The notes: generated from the letters alone by a model not told the origin. 64,000 nt of DNA from Candidatus Falkowbacteria bacterium (GCA_009885285.1 VFKX01000007.1:5046-69045); one strand, 5' to 3'. Numbered from the stretch's first letter, positions 9,981 to 20,686 are shown. Numbers and translations are program-made.

Positions 9981-10634
9981 TTACTTTAAGTCCTTGCTAT
10001 AACGATCCGCCAATGTCTTGACTGCGGCCTCCGTTAATAATAAATTTTTATAATTCAAAATATCCAGTAAATTGATATTCTCAAGATTAATGATCTTCAC
10101 ACCTTTTAAATTACGGCCGGAATACTGAGCTTTCTCGTTCTTAGAATCGTTGATGACGAGTAAATCACGGCGATCATTCAATAACACCTTCTTCTCAACG
10201 GCTGTGATCATGGCGTTAAAAGGCTTAGTCTTGAACTCGGTGAAGTCAAGATTTTCCATCACTACCAAGGTGCCAGTCAAAGCTTTATCAGATAAACCCA
10301 TAAATAAGGCTTTCTGCTTCATCTTTTGATTGATTTTAACCTTGAAGTTACGGTCTTTTCTCGGACCAAAGGTGACACCGCCACCAATCCAGATAGGAGA
10401 GCGGCTGGAACCAGCACGAGCACGGCCAGTACCTTTCTGTTTCCAAGGCTTCTTACCGCCACCAGAAACTTCGCTTCTATCCTTAGTATGGGCTAAGACC
10501 TGGCGGGCATTAGCTTGACTGGTAACGACTGCCTGGTGCAATAATTCGTTATTTGGCTTGATGCCGAAAACTTTAGCTGATAATTCTAAATCTTTAACAG
10601 CTTCAGCGGATTGATTGTAGACTTTAATATTCAT
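9981..10634 (-). CDS. rplD: 50S ribosomal protein L4
   Basis: EVSGGGKKPWKQKGTGRARAGS motif. Confidence 0.99.
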   Translation of the reverse strand: MNIKVYNQSAEAVKDLELSAKVFGIKPNNELLHQAVVTSQANARQVLAHTKDRSEVSGGGKKPWKQKGTGRARAGSSRSPIWIGGGVTFGPRKDRNFKVKINQKMKQKALFMGLSDKALTGTLVVMENLDFTEFKTKPFNAMITAVEKKVLLNDRRDLLVINDSKNEKAQYSGRNLKGVKIINLENINLLDILNYKNLLLTEAAVKTLADRYSKDLK

Positions 10635-10659
10635 ACGATTCGTGATTCACTTTTTTAAA

Positions 10660-11445
10660 TTATTTCGTTTCTTCGGTCTTAACTTCCTCCTGAACCTCTA
10701 CTGCTGGAGTAGCAGCTACAACTTCAGGAACGACAGGAGTTTCTTCAACCGCGGTTTCAGCTATTGGAGCTTCCTCTTTCACTTCTTCCGGCTGAGCGAC
10801 AACTTCTGGCTTCTTAGAATTCACTTTCAATTCGCCAATGGCGCTGATAGTGATGAAACCGTTGATTGCTCCCGGAACTGCACCTTTAACGAAAATGATA
10901 TTTTTCTCTTCATCGATAGCAGCCACTTCCAAATTTGTAGTAGTCACTTTTTCTCCGCCCATTCGGCCACCCATGCGAGTACCCTTAAAGACGTGAGCCG
11001 GACCCTTAGGACCGATGGAACCAGGCATTCTTTCCTGATCCTTGTTACCGTGGGTCTTTCTGAAACCAGCGAAGTGATGACGTTTAACGACACCCTGAAA
11101 ACCTTTACCTTTTGAGGTGCCGGTCACATTAATCTTGTCGCCGACAGAAAAAGCATCAACAGTGACGACATCGCCGGCGTTAAAATCAGCGGCGTTATCC
11201 ATCCGGAATTCACGGACATGAGCTGGCATGACGCCAGTTTTCTTATAATGACCTAATTGAGGCTTATTAATGTTCTTTTCCTTACGGACGCCATAAGCTA
11301 ATTGCAAAGCATTATAACCGTCTTTAACCTTGGATTTCACCTGGGTAACAGTGCACGGACCAGCCAAAACCGGAGTAACGGCCATCACTGCGTCGCCAGA
11401 CCAGATCTGAGTCATGCTTAATTTTTTTCCGCTGATAAATTTCAT
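10660..11445 (-). CDS. rplC: 50S ribosomal protein L3, acidic C-terminal tail
   Basis: SKGKGFQG and PGSIG motifs. Confidence 0.98.
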   Translation of the reverse strand: MKFISGKKLSMTQIWSGDAVMAVTPVLAGPCTVTQVKSKVKDGYNALQLAYGVRKEKNINKPQLGHYKKTGVMPAHVREFRMDNAADFNAGDVVTVDAFSVGDKINVTGTSKGKGFQGVVKRHHFAGFRKTHGNKDQERMPGSIGPKGPAHVFKGTRMGGRMGGEKVTTTNLEVAAIDEEKNIIFVKGAVPGAINGFITISAIGELKVNSKKPEVVAQPEEVKEEAPIAETAVEETPVVPEVVAATPAVEVQEEVKTEETK

Positions 11446-11652
11446 ATGTTTCTTTCCTTATATAAAACAAAAACTGGTTTAGAAACCAGCTTGAAAACCA
11501 AATAATAAAAATACTTTTACCAACTGTTTTTATTTATTTTGTTCGTTCGGCTGACTTTCCTCCAAATTTAGCTAAGATTCGCTTAAACACTTTCTATTGA
11601 ATAGAGTTATTCAGTCGTCTTTTAGCTAATTAAATATTACCTTAATATACTA
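11446..11652 (-). promoter_or_regulatory. Structured 207-nt rpsJ-rplC spacer with attenuator-like hairpin
   Basis: Hairpins TGAATA-ACTC-TATTCA and AGCTGGTT-TCTA-AACCAGTT followed by a T-run (11469-11491), just upstream of rplC. Confidence 0.45.
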
Positions 11653-11988
11653 CTACATTTTTATTTCTACGTCAACCCCAGCCGGAAGGCTAAGATTAGT
11701 TAAATCTTCGATGGTTTTAGCACTAGGATCAATGATATCAATCATACGCTTGTGGATACGCATTTCATACTGGTCACGAGCATCCTTATGAACAAAGGTT
11801 GAACTGTTAACCGTGTATTTACGGATTTCTGTCGGAAGCGGAATCGGCCCAAAGAATTGAGCGTCACTACGTCCAATAGTTTCCACAATGGTTTTAGTTG
11901 ATTGATCAATAATCTTATGATCAAAAGCTTTGATCTTGATTCTGATTCTCTGCTTGAATTCTTTCTCGTCTTTTTTGTTTTCGGACAT
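11653..11988 (-). CDS. rpsJ: 30S ribosomal protein S10
   Basis: [18 protein letters not shown] and [10 protein letters not shown] motifs. Confidence 0.98.
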   Translation of the reverse strand: MSENKKDEKEFKQRIRIKIKAFDHKIIDQSTKTIVETIGRSDAQFFGPIPLPTEIRKYTVNSSTFVHKDARDQYEMRIHKRMIDIIDPSAKTIEDLTNLSLPAGVDVEIKM

Positions 11989-12050
11989 AATTATTAGTTA
12001 AAATATACACTACAGGCCCGCTCTCTACTTTAGAGGGCGGGCTAAAGTGC

Positions 12051-13241
<1,191 letters not shown>

Positions 13242-13358
13242 GTTTTTTGGTGTTAGGCCCCCGCTTACCACGGGGTTTCTTTCCTGGAAATCCAGGAAAC
13301 CAGCCGAACTTAATTAATTAACTTTTATTTAAAATATTTACAAACTAACTCAACTTAA

Positions 13359-13778
13359 TTATTCAATCTCCTGCGCCTTATCCTTTACTTTGGTGGGAAT
13401 CTGCCAAACCTTTTTTGGCTTATTCTCTTCCCCCAAGTAAACAGAATCATCTCGATTTTTCCACATCGAGATTTCGCGATTTATCTTATCAGTTAAATCT
13501 TCGTCTGTCAAATTTTCCGTTTCTTCAGAAACACTTGAAATATTAAGGTTTATTGCAGTTTTTTCAGTTTCTGCGACAGGTAGATTGGCAATGATCGGCG
13601 CGACTTTTTCAACAATGTTTTGAACTGCTTTACTTGGAGCGACATTTGCGAGCGCCGAGTAATTATCCAGACTCATAATTACGTAGGAGTCATCCGGAGA
13701 ACTACTATCTAGCACGACGACCTTGTCCCCGGTCTTCTTCACTAGCTCCAAGACTTTTTTTAATTGCTCTGGAAACAT
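13359..13778 (-). CDS. Hypothetical protein with Phd/YefM-like N-terminus
   Basis: LKKVLELVKKTGDKVVVLD...YVIMSLDNYSAL resembles the Phd/YefM core; acidic tail; 12 nt downstream of the fusA stop. Confidence 0.6.
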   Translation of the reverse strand: MFPEQLKKVLELVKKTGDKVVVLDSSSPDDSYVIMSLDNYSALANVAPSKAVQNIVEKVAPIIANLPVAETEKTAINLNISSVSEETENLTDEDLTDKINREISMWKNRDDSVYLGEENKPKKVWQIPTKVKDKAQEIE

Positions 13779-13790
13779 ATGTTATGAATA

Positions 13791-15869
13791 TTACTTGCCT
13801 TGCTTTTCTTTAATCTGTTCAAGAACGCTCTTCGGAACTTCAGTATAGTGGGAAAATTCCATGGCATAATTGGCACGACCTTGACTCATGGAGCGTAAGC
13901 CGGTTGAATAACCGAACATTTCCGCTAAAGGAACCTTGGCTTTAACAATCTTTAAGTTACCGCGATCAGACATTTCTTCGATCTGTCCACGCTTAGAGCT
14001 TAAATCACCGATGATATTACCCATGTATTCTTCTGGGGTAGAAACCTCAACTTTCATGATTGGTTCAAGTAAAACTGGTCCGGCTTTCTGACAAGCGTCT
14101 CTAAACGCATGAATAGCCGCCAGTTTAAAGGCGATTTCTGAGGAATCAACTTCATGGTACGAACCGTAGAAAACAGCCGCCTTAACGTCAACCATCGGAT
14201 AACCGGCCACTGTGCCACTTAAAACTGCTTCCTTAAAGCCCTTTTCAATAGCTGGGATGTATTCACGAGGAATAACACCGCCCTTAACTTCATCAGCGAA
14301 CTCAATACCCTTACCGGATTCAAGAGGCTCGACACGCAAAGCACAATGTCCGTATTGCCCCTTACCGCCGGATTGCTTGACATATTTATGTTCAGCTTCA
14401 GCAGCCTTAGTGATGGTTTCACGATATGAAACCTGAGGGTTGCCGACGTTAGCTTCAACGCCGAATTCGCGCTTCATACGATCAACGATGATTTCCAAGT
14501 GCAATTCACCCATACCGGAAATAAGGACCTGGTTGGTTTCCGGGTCAGTTTCAACGCGGAAAGTCGGATCTTCTTCAGCTAAACGCGACAAAGCGACACC
14601 CATCTTTTCCTGATCAGCCTTAGTTTTCGGTTCAACAGCAATCTTGATAACCGGTTCCGGGAAGACAATTGATTCGAGTAAAACCGGATAATTTTCATCG
14701 CATAAAGTATTACCAGTAGTAGTACTCTTCAAACCGATAACGGCGGCGATATCACCGGCACAAATTTCTTTAATTTCTTCACGGTGATTAGCGTGCATGC
14801 GAACCAAACGACCAACGCGTTCTTTAGTATCTTTTGAAGAATTAACAATGTAGGAACCGGCAGCTAAAACACCCTGATAAACGCGGACGAAACAAAGCTT
14901 GCCAACGAACGGATCGGTAGCAATCTTAAAAGCTAAGCCGACAAAAGGCTTGCCGTCTTCCGCATAAATAGTGATCTTATTATCGCTGTCGTTCATGTCA
15001 GTCACTTCCAATTTCGGAACATCCAAAGGTGATGGCAGATAATCATTGACAGCATCAAGAGCTAACTGGACGCCGATATTCTGTAAAGCGGTACCGCACA
15101 GGACTGGGTAAATTGCATTGGCAATCACGCCTTTTCTAATAGCAGCTTTCAGCTCTTCAGGAGTAATGACGTTGCCGCCCAAATATTTTTCCATGGTAGC
15201 CTCATCGCATTCAACAGCCTTTTCAATTAATTCATTGTGGAATTTAGCGACTTTTTCAACCATATCAGCTGGGACCGGGATTTCAGTGATATTAACGCCA
15301 TTCATACCGGAGAAGGTATAAGCCTTCTGAGTCAGAATATCAATAACGCCACTTAATTCGCTTTCTGCACCGATCGGTAATTGGATAGCGACAGCCTTCT
15401 GATTCAACCTAGTCTTAATGGAATTCAAACTCATGTAGAAATCAGCGCCCATCTTGTCCATCTTATTAACGAAACATAGGCGAGGAACGTTATACTTGTC
15501 AGCCTGACGCCAAACAGTTTCAGACTGCGGTTCAACACCAGCCTGACCGTCAAAAACAGCAATGGCACCGTCTAAAACGCGCAAAGAACGTTCGACTTCA
15601 ACAGTGAAATCAACGTGCCCAGGAGTATCGATAATATTAATTTTATTCTGCTTCCAGAAACAAGTAGTAGCAGCAGAAGTAATGGTAATACCTCTTTCTT
15701 TTTCCTGTTCCATCCAGTCCATTTCAGCGGCACCTTCATGCACTTCGCCGATCTTATGCTTCTTGCCGGTATAAAACAAAACACGCTCGGTAAAAGTAGT
15801 TTTGCCGGCGTCGATGTGCGCCATAATACCAATATTTCTAATGTTTTCCAAGGCGTAGTCTCTGGCCAT
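13791..15869 (-). CDS. fusA: Elongation factor G
   Basis: [24 protein letters not shown] and [10 protein letters not shown] motifs. Confidence 0.99.
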   Translation of the reverse strand: MARDYALENIRNIGIMAHIDAGKTTFTERVLFYTGKKHKIGEVHEGAAEMDWMEQEKERGITITSAATTCFWKQNKINIIDTPGHVDFTVEVERSLRVLDGAIAVFDGQAGVEPQSETVWRQADKYNVPRLCFVNKMDKMGADFYMSLNSIKTRLNQKAVAIQLPIGAESELSGVIDILTQKAYTFSGMNGVNITEIPVPADMVEKVAKFHNELIEKAVECDEATMEKYLGGNVITPEELKAAIRKGVIANAIYPVLCGTALQNIGVQLALDAVNDYLPSPLDVPKLEVTDMNDSDNKITIYAEDGKPFVGLAFKIATDPFVGKLCFVRVYQGVLAAGSYIVNSSKDTKERVGRLVRMHANHREEIKEICAGDIAAVIGLKSTTTGNTLCDENYPVLLESIVFPEPVIKIAVEPKTKADQEKMGVALSRLAEEDPTFRVETDPETNQVLISGMGELHLEIIVDRMKREFGVEANVGNPQVSYRETITKAAEAEHKYVKQSGGKGQYGHCALRVEPLESGKGIEFADEVKGGVIPREYIPAIEKGFKEAVLSGTVAGYPMVDVKAAVFYGSYHEVDSSEIAFKLAAIHAFRDACQKAGPVLLEPIMKVEVSTPEEYMGNIIGDLSSKRGQIEEMSDRGNLKIVKAKVPLAEMFGYSTGLRSMSQGRANYAMEFSHYTEVPKSVLEQIKEKQGK

Positions 15870-16043
15870 ATTGAGTTACAATTATTGAATGATTTTTTAA
15901 ATTGATATTAATTTTATTGGAGAGCCTAAAAGAAACTGATTATCTTAGGTTATTCTCGCGCAGTATATTCTGATGTGTCTATGTGAGATAATCTGACTAA
16001 CTTGCTCTTTACTGGTTTTAGATGTGGTCTATGAATCGTCTGA

Positions 16044-16160
16044 GGAGTTATATTTTGAGGCGGATTTGCGGAAGAAATGAAGCGCGTAGTGTGCCGTATT
16101 TAACATACGGCGAACGAGCACTGGAGTTTCTGACAAAAAAGCCGTCCAAAATTTAACTTC
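16044..16160. repeat. ~117-nt imperfect inverted repeat (long stem-loop) between rpsG and fusA
   Basis: Outer arms GGAGTTATATTTTGAGGCGG and CCGTCCAAAATTTAACTTC; perfect inner hairpin GCCGTAT-TTAAC-ATACGGC (16093-16111). Confidence 0.6.
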
Positions 16161-16628
16161 TTATCTAGAGAAGTGAGCGAAAGCTTTGTTGGCCTCAGCC
16201 ATCTTATGAACCGCCTCCCTCTTCTTAACCGCTGTTCCTTCGCCGTTAGAAGCATCCAAAATTTCAGTAGCTAATTTTTCAGCAGTGGAACGACCCTTAC
16301 GGTCATTAGCAGCCTTAATAATCCAATTGCAAGCTAAGAAATAACGTCTTTCGCCGCGAACCTGGAAAGGAACCTGATAATTGGCACCGCCGACGCGCTT
16401 ACCTCTAACTTCAACCAAAGGAGAAACTTTCTTGATAGCCTTATTGAAGATATGGCGAGGATCCTGCTTAGTCTTGTCCTTTAAGATCTCAAAAGATCCA
16501 TAGACAATCTTTTCAGCGCCGCTTTTCTTGCCGCGTTCCATGACGTAATTAATAAACTTGGCGATATTGGTATCGTTATATTTGGAGTCGCCTTCAATTG
16601 TTCTTTTAGGAGCTGGTTTGCCTCTCAT
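16161..16628 (-). CDS. rpsG: 30S ribosomal protein S7
   Basis: RVGGANYQVP and HKMAEANKAFAHF motifs. Confidence 0.99.
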   Translation of the reverse strand: MRGKPAPKRTIEGDSKYNDTNIAKFINYVMERGKKSGAEKIVYGSFEILKDKTKQDPRHIFNKAIKKVSPLVEVRGKRVGGANYQVPFQVRGERRYFLACNWIIKAANDRKGRSTAEKLATEILDASNGEGTAVKKREAVHKMAEANKAFAHFSR

Positions 16629-16639
16629 ATTATTTTAAA

Positions 16640-17062
16640 TTAAGCTTTTTTCGGTTTTTTAGCGCCATAGCAGCTTCTACCCTGACGGCGAGCCTCAACT
16701 CCGGAAGCGTCAAAGACACCACGGACGATCTTATAGCGGACACCCGGCAAATCTTTGGTTTTACCACCCTTAACTAAAACGATGGAGTGTTCCTGTAAAT
16801 TATGGCCCATGCCCGGGATATAAGCGGTGACTTCCATACCATTAGACAAACGGACACGCGCAATTTTACGTAAAGCGGAGTTCGGTTTCTTCGGGGTAGT
16901 GGTAGTTACCTTTAAACAGACACCCTGTTTAAAAGGAGCACCTTGAGCAGTGGTTTTCTTCTTACGATGCAGAGAATCAAGCGTTGTGTGAAGAGCAATA
17001 GCATTGCGTCTTTTTCCGAGTGATTTACGTCCCTGGCGTACCAATTGGTTGATAGTTGGCAT
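16640..17062 (-). CDS. rpsL: 30S ribosomal protein S12
   Basis: MPTINQL start (ATG 17062); [11 protein letters not shown] and KDLPGVRY motifs. Confidence 0.99.
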   Translation of the reverse strand: MPTINQLVRQGRKSLGKRRNAIALHTTLDSLHRKKKTTAQGAPFKQGVCLKVTTTTPKKPNSALRKIARVRLSNGMEVTAYIPGMGHNLQEHSIVLVKGGKTKDLPGVRYKIVRGVFDASGVEARRQGRSCYGAKKPKKA

Positions 17063-17138
17063 AGACTTTATAATCTTGATAAGCAAAAATAATCCTGAAT
17101 ATTCAGGATGACCTTTAGTCTTTTTTTATTACTAATTC

Positions 17139-17167
17139 AATTTAACAAAATATAAAACATAAGTCAA
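17139..17167 (-). promoter_or_regulatory. Sigma70-type promoter of the str operon
   Basis: TTGACT-17 nt-TAAATT, with TG upstream of the -10. Confidence 0.6.
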
Positions 17168-17214
17168 GGCAGGCCTGATTCTCATTTTGAGCTAATATTC
17201 AGACCTGGGACTGT

Positions 17215-17814
17215 CTAAGCCCCAGCGATAATTTTAAAGAGGAAGTTGACGACTGGAGTGATTAAGCCGCCAGCCAGCATCACGAAGAGGATAACAAAAA
17301 TGAAACCGACGCGTTCGCTGCCCAAATACCTATCCCGAAGACCAACTGGCAAGAAGGTGGCCAGAATTTTCGACCCATCTAAAGGCGGTATTGGGACGAG
17401 GTTAAAGACCATTAAAATCAAGTTGATATAGACAATTATCCCCAAGAATGCAGAGAAGCTGACGCTAAAGAATGGTAAAAATCGCAAACAAAGTCCGAAA
17501 AAGACAGCAATTACCAGATTCGCTAAAGGACCGGCGGCGGCCACTTTAGCTTCCCCATATTTTTTATCGCTAAGATTAAAGGGATTATACGGAACTGGTT
17601 TAGCCCAGCCGAAAACAAAAGGCATGCCGGTAAGTATCATCACCAGAGGCATAAAGAAGGACCCGAACCATTCGAGATGAACAAGCGGGTTCAAAGACAA
17701 GCGACCGGCGCTTTTTGCGGTATTATCGCCTAAATAATGCGCCATCCAGCCATGCATATACTCATGGACAACGGCTGACATCAGAAACACGATTATTTGA
17801 AATATTTCAATCAT
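17215..17814 (-). CDS. Site-2 protease family (M50) membrane metalloprotease
   Basis: HEYMH (HExxH), AAGP and NLVPIPPLDG motifs. Confidence 0.93.
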   Translation of the reverse strand: MIEIFQIIVFLMSAVVHEYMHGWMAHYLGDNTAKSAGRLSLNPLVHLEWFGSFFMPLVMILTGMPFVFGWAKPVPYNPFNLSDKKYGEAKVAAAGPLANLVIAVFFGLCLRFLPFFSVSFSAFLGIIVYINLILMVFNLVPIPPLDGSKILATFLPVGLRDRYLGSERVGFIFVILFVMLAGGLITPVVNFLFKIIAGA

Positions 17815-17903
17815 ATGGGGACATCATAGCACAACTTGATTAATTTTAAAAATGCTGTTAGAATAAAACCATTAAAAAATCATGAAAGATAACCTCAAGT
17901 AAT

Positions 17904-18182
17904 ATGGCGAAAAAATGCGATTTATGCGGACGTAGCTCAACTAAAGGTGCTAGCCGGTCCCACTCCAAGATCAAAACCCTAAAAAGACAGAATATCAATC
18001 TTCAGAGCAAAAATGTTGATGGCTTAAAGGCTAAAATCTGTACTTCTTGTTTGCGCACTATGGATAAGCCGAAGCGCGTTAAGACCCCGAGAAAACCAGG
18101 TAAGCCTGAAGTTAAACCTGTCAGCAAGACCAGCATCAAGATGGCTGCCAGAGCTAAGGCTAAGGCTGAAGCCGCTAAGTAG
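17904..18182 (+). CDS. rpmB: 50S ribosomal protein L28, basic C-terminal extension
   Basis: MAKKCDLCG..SRSHS...NLQ...ICTSCLR. Confidence 0.95.
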   Translation: MAKKCDLCGRSSTKGASRSHSKIKTLKRQNINLQSKNVDGLKAKICTSCLRTMDKPKRVKTPRKPGKPEVKPVSKTSIKMAARAKAKAEAAK

Positions 18183-18201
18183 AATTTTCAAATCAAGATA
18201 T

Positions 18202-18232
18202 AAAAAAGGCGTTCTTAGGAACGTCTTTTTTT
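18202..18232 (+). terminator. Intrinsic terminator after rpmB
   Basis: AAAAAAGGCGTTCT-TAGG-AACGTCTTTTTTT. Confidence 0.75.
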
Positions 18233-18304
18233 GTAGCTAAATATATTGCCAATAAAAAAGCCACTATTTATTAGCGGCTTAAATACTCTACATATAACTA
18301 TTTA

Positions 18305-18622
18305 CTATTCTTCTTTGCGTAGTTTCGAAATGCCGATCAGATTGCCGATATATACAACAGCTAGGGCGACCGATAGAACAACTGACACAGCAGCAACAAG
18401 ACCGAGGGCATCGGTCATAAATTTATCAAAGCTCGCAAACTCCGGGCTACCCTTGAAAAAGGAGGACACAAATAGCACGATTAGCACTTCGCCAACGCTC
18501 GCTACAAACACGAACACTCCGATTTTTGGGAATAATTTAAATATTCTGTCATTCCTTTTCTCCAGGATTTCTAGCTGCACGCGACGCCAGCCTTGATAAT
18601 CTTTAACTTCATTTAATTTCAT
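18305..18622 (-). CDS. Hypothetical 2-TM membrane protein
   Basis: Two hydrophobic segments; AAGGAG upstream of the ATG; terminator-like hairpin at ~18255-18280. Confidence 0.7.
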   Translation of the reverse strand: MKLNEVKDYQGWRRVQLEILEKRNDRIFKLFPKIGVFVFVASVGEVLIVLFVSSFFKGSPEFASFDKFMTDALGLVAAVSVVLSVALAVVYIGNLIGISKLRKEE

Positions 18623-18641
18623 TTTCTAATCTCCTTTGTAT

Positions 18642-19088
18642 TTAATGGTTAAAACAATAACTTTGATCAACGTTTTTGTAAGAATGACTACCAATCTCAA
18701 ATGATTCCCCATAAAGCACCCCTGTACCGAATCTTTCATTAACACGCCCAGTTTTATTATCCACTTTAAAAATTACCTGAACATTTCTTAAGTGAGTTTG
18801 TGATTCAATCTCACTTTTAGCTCGCTCCGGCGTGGCGCATTCATTCATAATCACATTAGCCTGATTAATCATGCCAGCAAGAGAGCTAGCTTGATAAGGG
18901 CTTCCTACTGGCTGAGGAGTCGGGTCGATAAATCTGGTCAGTTTTAACCGCCACAGTCCCAAAAAAATACCTCCTAGAACTATATATTCAATATTCTTTG
19001 AATAAAAATAATATTCTAAAGAATAGAAATAGTAAATCAAGGCAGTTATTAATCCTGCCACGATGGGATTAAAAATCATTCTTTTCAT
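18642..19088 (-). CDS. Hypothetical protein with two N-terminal TM segments
   Basis: GGAGG upstream of the ATG; promoter TTGACA-17-TATAAA overlapping the comEC stop. Confidence 0.7.
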   Translation of the reverse strand: MKRMIFNPIVAGLITALIYYFYSLEYYFYSKNIEYIVLGGIFLGLWRLKLTRFIDPTPQPVGSPYQASSLAGMINQANVIMNECATPERAKSEIESQTHLRNVQVIFKVDNKTGRVNERFGTGVLYGESFEIGSHSYKNVDQSYCFNH

Positions 19089-19133
19089 ATATTTTCCTCC
19101 GATATTTATTTGTTAATGAATAAATAATTTATA

Positions 19134-20567
19134 TCATTTTATAATACTCTTGTCAACTGTTTGAGCTTTACGGTTACTTAAGAAACGCTGCCAAAACATC
19201 ACAAATATGGTTAATAATAGATAATAAGCCGCGCCCTGATACCAATTAAAGCCAGATACTGTCACTGCCGCCCAAGAGGGCTCTGCCAGAATTTCCGATA
19301 CAACGAAGATATACTTGAGTAAGAAATAGGCAGGAGCTAAAAACACTATTCCCAGTGGTGGGATGATGGCCGCTCCCGCAATACCCAAGATAAGAGCCGC
19401 TAGGAGCGGAGCAAAAGTCCAGAGAACTAAAACATTGGCTAAGGGCGCGATAACCGAGAATTGCTTAAAATCAATGAGGGCAATCGGCAGGATGACGATT
19501 TGCGACACGAGCGTCATATTAACCGTCTCCAGCAAATTCTTAACTACTTTCTTGAGCCTGCCCTGCCCTTGCCAATTGCGCAGCCAGCGAGCAGTCAACT
19601 TCTCTCCCAGGGGATAAATATAGATAATCCCCAGCAGAGCTAGGAACGATAATTGAAAGCCGATATCATCACGCAAGAGCGCGGGGTTAATGGCTAACAT
19701 GACCGCCGCCGCCATCACCAAGGCTCTAATCAGCGAACTCAGCCGCTCGTAATAGACAGCCAGAAAGGCGAGGGCGCCCATCAAAGCCGACCGAACTGCC
19801 GAAGCTGATAGGCCAGTAATCAGTGGATAGACGAAGAGAAAGGCAAAGATAATTTTCAGCGACCGGCGGCGATAAAAGCCCAGAGCCATCAAGAAATTTA
19901 AAGCCATCGCGCTTAAAATCGTAATGTGGGACCCGGAAATAGCAATCATATGGCTTAAACCTACTCGCGCAAACACATCTAAGTCAGTCCGCAGCACAGT
20001 CCGGCGATACCCGAGTAAGAGAGCAGCGGCGAGTCCGGCCTGAGGCTCTGGTAAATTACGATTAATGACATATTTCAGGAATTGCTTGGCTTCAATTAAT
20101 TTCCCATATATTTCTTGCGGCCACGATAGCACTCCGTCCATCTTCTGTATTTTGGCGTAATACATCACTGAATATATATCATAACGTGCCAGATAACTTT
20201 CATAGTCAAAGCCCTCTATCAGGGGCGGAGATTTGAGCTCACCGCTGATTTTTAAGAAATCACCATAATCATAGACCGGATAAAGATTGGCGGTCACCAG
20301 CGCCTTGCCCTTAGCTCTTCGGCCTTCTAAGTCCCGCCCCAAGGCACAGACTGTCAGTCTCCGGCTTTTATAGTCAACATCCGCCTCCTCGCAGACCCGA
20401 CCGGAAAAGCTGATCACACTGCCATTATGCGCCGCTAAGTCAGTACTTCCAATCTCCTTTTTAAAAGCCTGAGGCGACAAACCGCGCAGGAATATAATGA
20501 TGATAAATATTAAATTTATCGCCATTAGTACTCGCGAAGGTGACCGCCAGAATAATTTTTGAGCCAT
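19134..20567 (-). CDS. comEC: ComEC/Rec2 competence protein, no C-terminal MBL domain
   Basis: FDYESYL, GLSHMIAISGSHI, SAVRS and DIGFQLSF motifs. Confidence 0.93.
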   Translation of the reverse strand: MAQKLFWRSPSRVLMAINLIFIIIIFLRGLSPQAFKKEIGSTDLAAHNGSVISFSGRVCEEADVDYKSRRLTVCALGRDLEGRRAKGKALVTANLYPVYDYGDFLKISGELKSPPLIEGFDYESYLARYDIYSVMYYAKIQKMDGVLSWPQEIYGKLIEAKQFLKYVINRNLPEPQAGLAAALLLGYRRTVLRTDLDVFARVGLSHMIAISGSHITILSAMALNFLMALGFYRRRSLKIIFAFLFVYPLITGLSASAVRSALMGALAFLAVYYERLSSLIRALVMAAAVMLAINPALLRDDIGFQLSFLALLGIIYIYPLGEKLTARWLRNWQGQGRLKKVVKNLLETVNMTLVSQIVILPIALIDFKQFSVIAPLANVLVLWTFAPLLAALILGIAGAAIIPPLGIVFLAPAYFLLKYIFVVSEILAEPSWAAVTVSGFNWYQGAAYYLLLTIFVMFWQRFLSNRKAQTVDKSIIK

Positions 20568-20587
20568 AATATAGAAAATTAACTAGG

Positions 20588-20615
20588 TTGCATATTTAAA
20601 CACAAATGATATAAT
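20588..20615 (+). promoter_or_regulatory. Sigma70 promoter driving a small RNA
   Basis: TTGCAT-16 nt-TATAAT with an extended TG; predicted start at about G20622. Confidence 0.6.
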
Positions 20616-20621
20616 ATATCC

Positions 20622-20686
20622 GTGCTTGTGGGCGTTAGCCCCTTTCAGCTACATTCCGCAAGGATTATAAGCCGCAGAGCAGGCAC
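20622..20686 (+). ncRNA. Candidate ~65-nt structured RNA, family unknown
   Basis: GC-rich island in an AT-rich spacer; closing stem GTGCTTG/CAGGCAC, hairpin GGGC-GTTA-GCCC, and a stem capped by TCC-GCAA-GGA (GNRA loop); flanked by a promoter and a terminator; no ORF. Confidence 0.6.
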
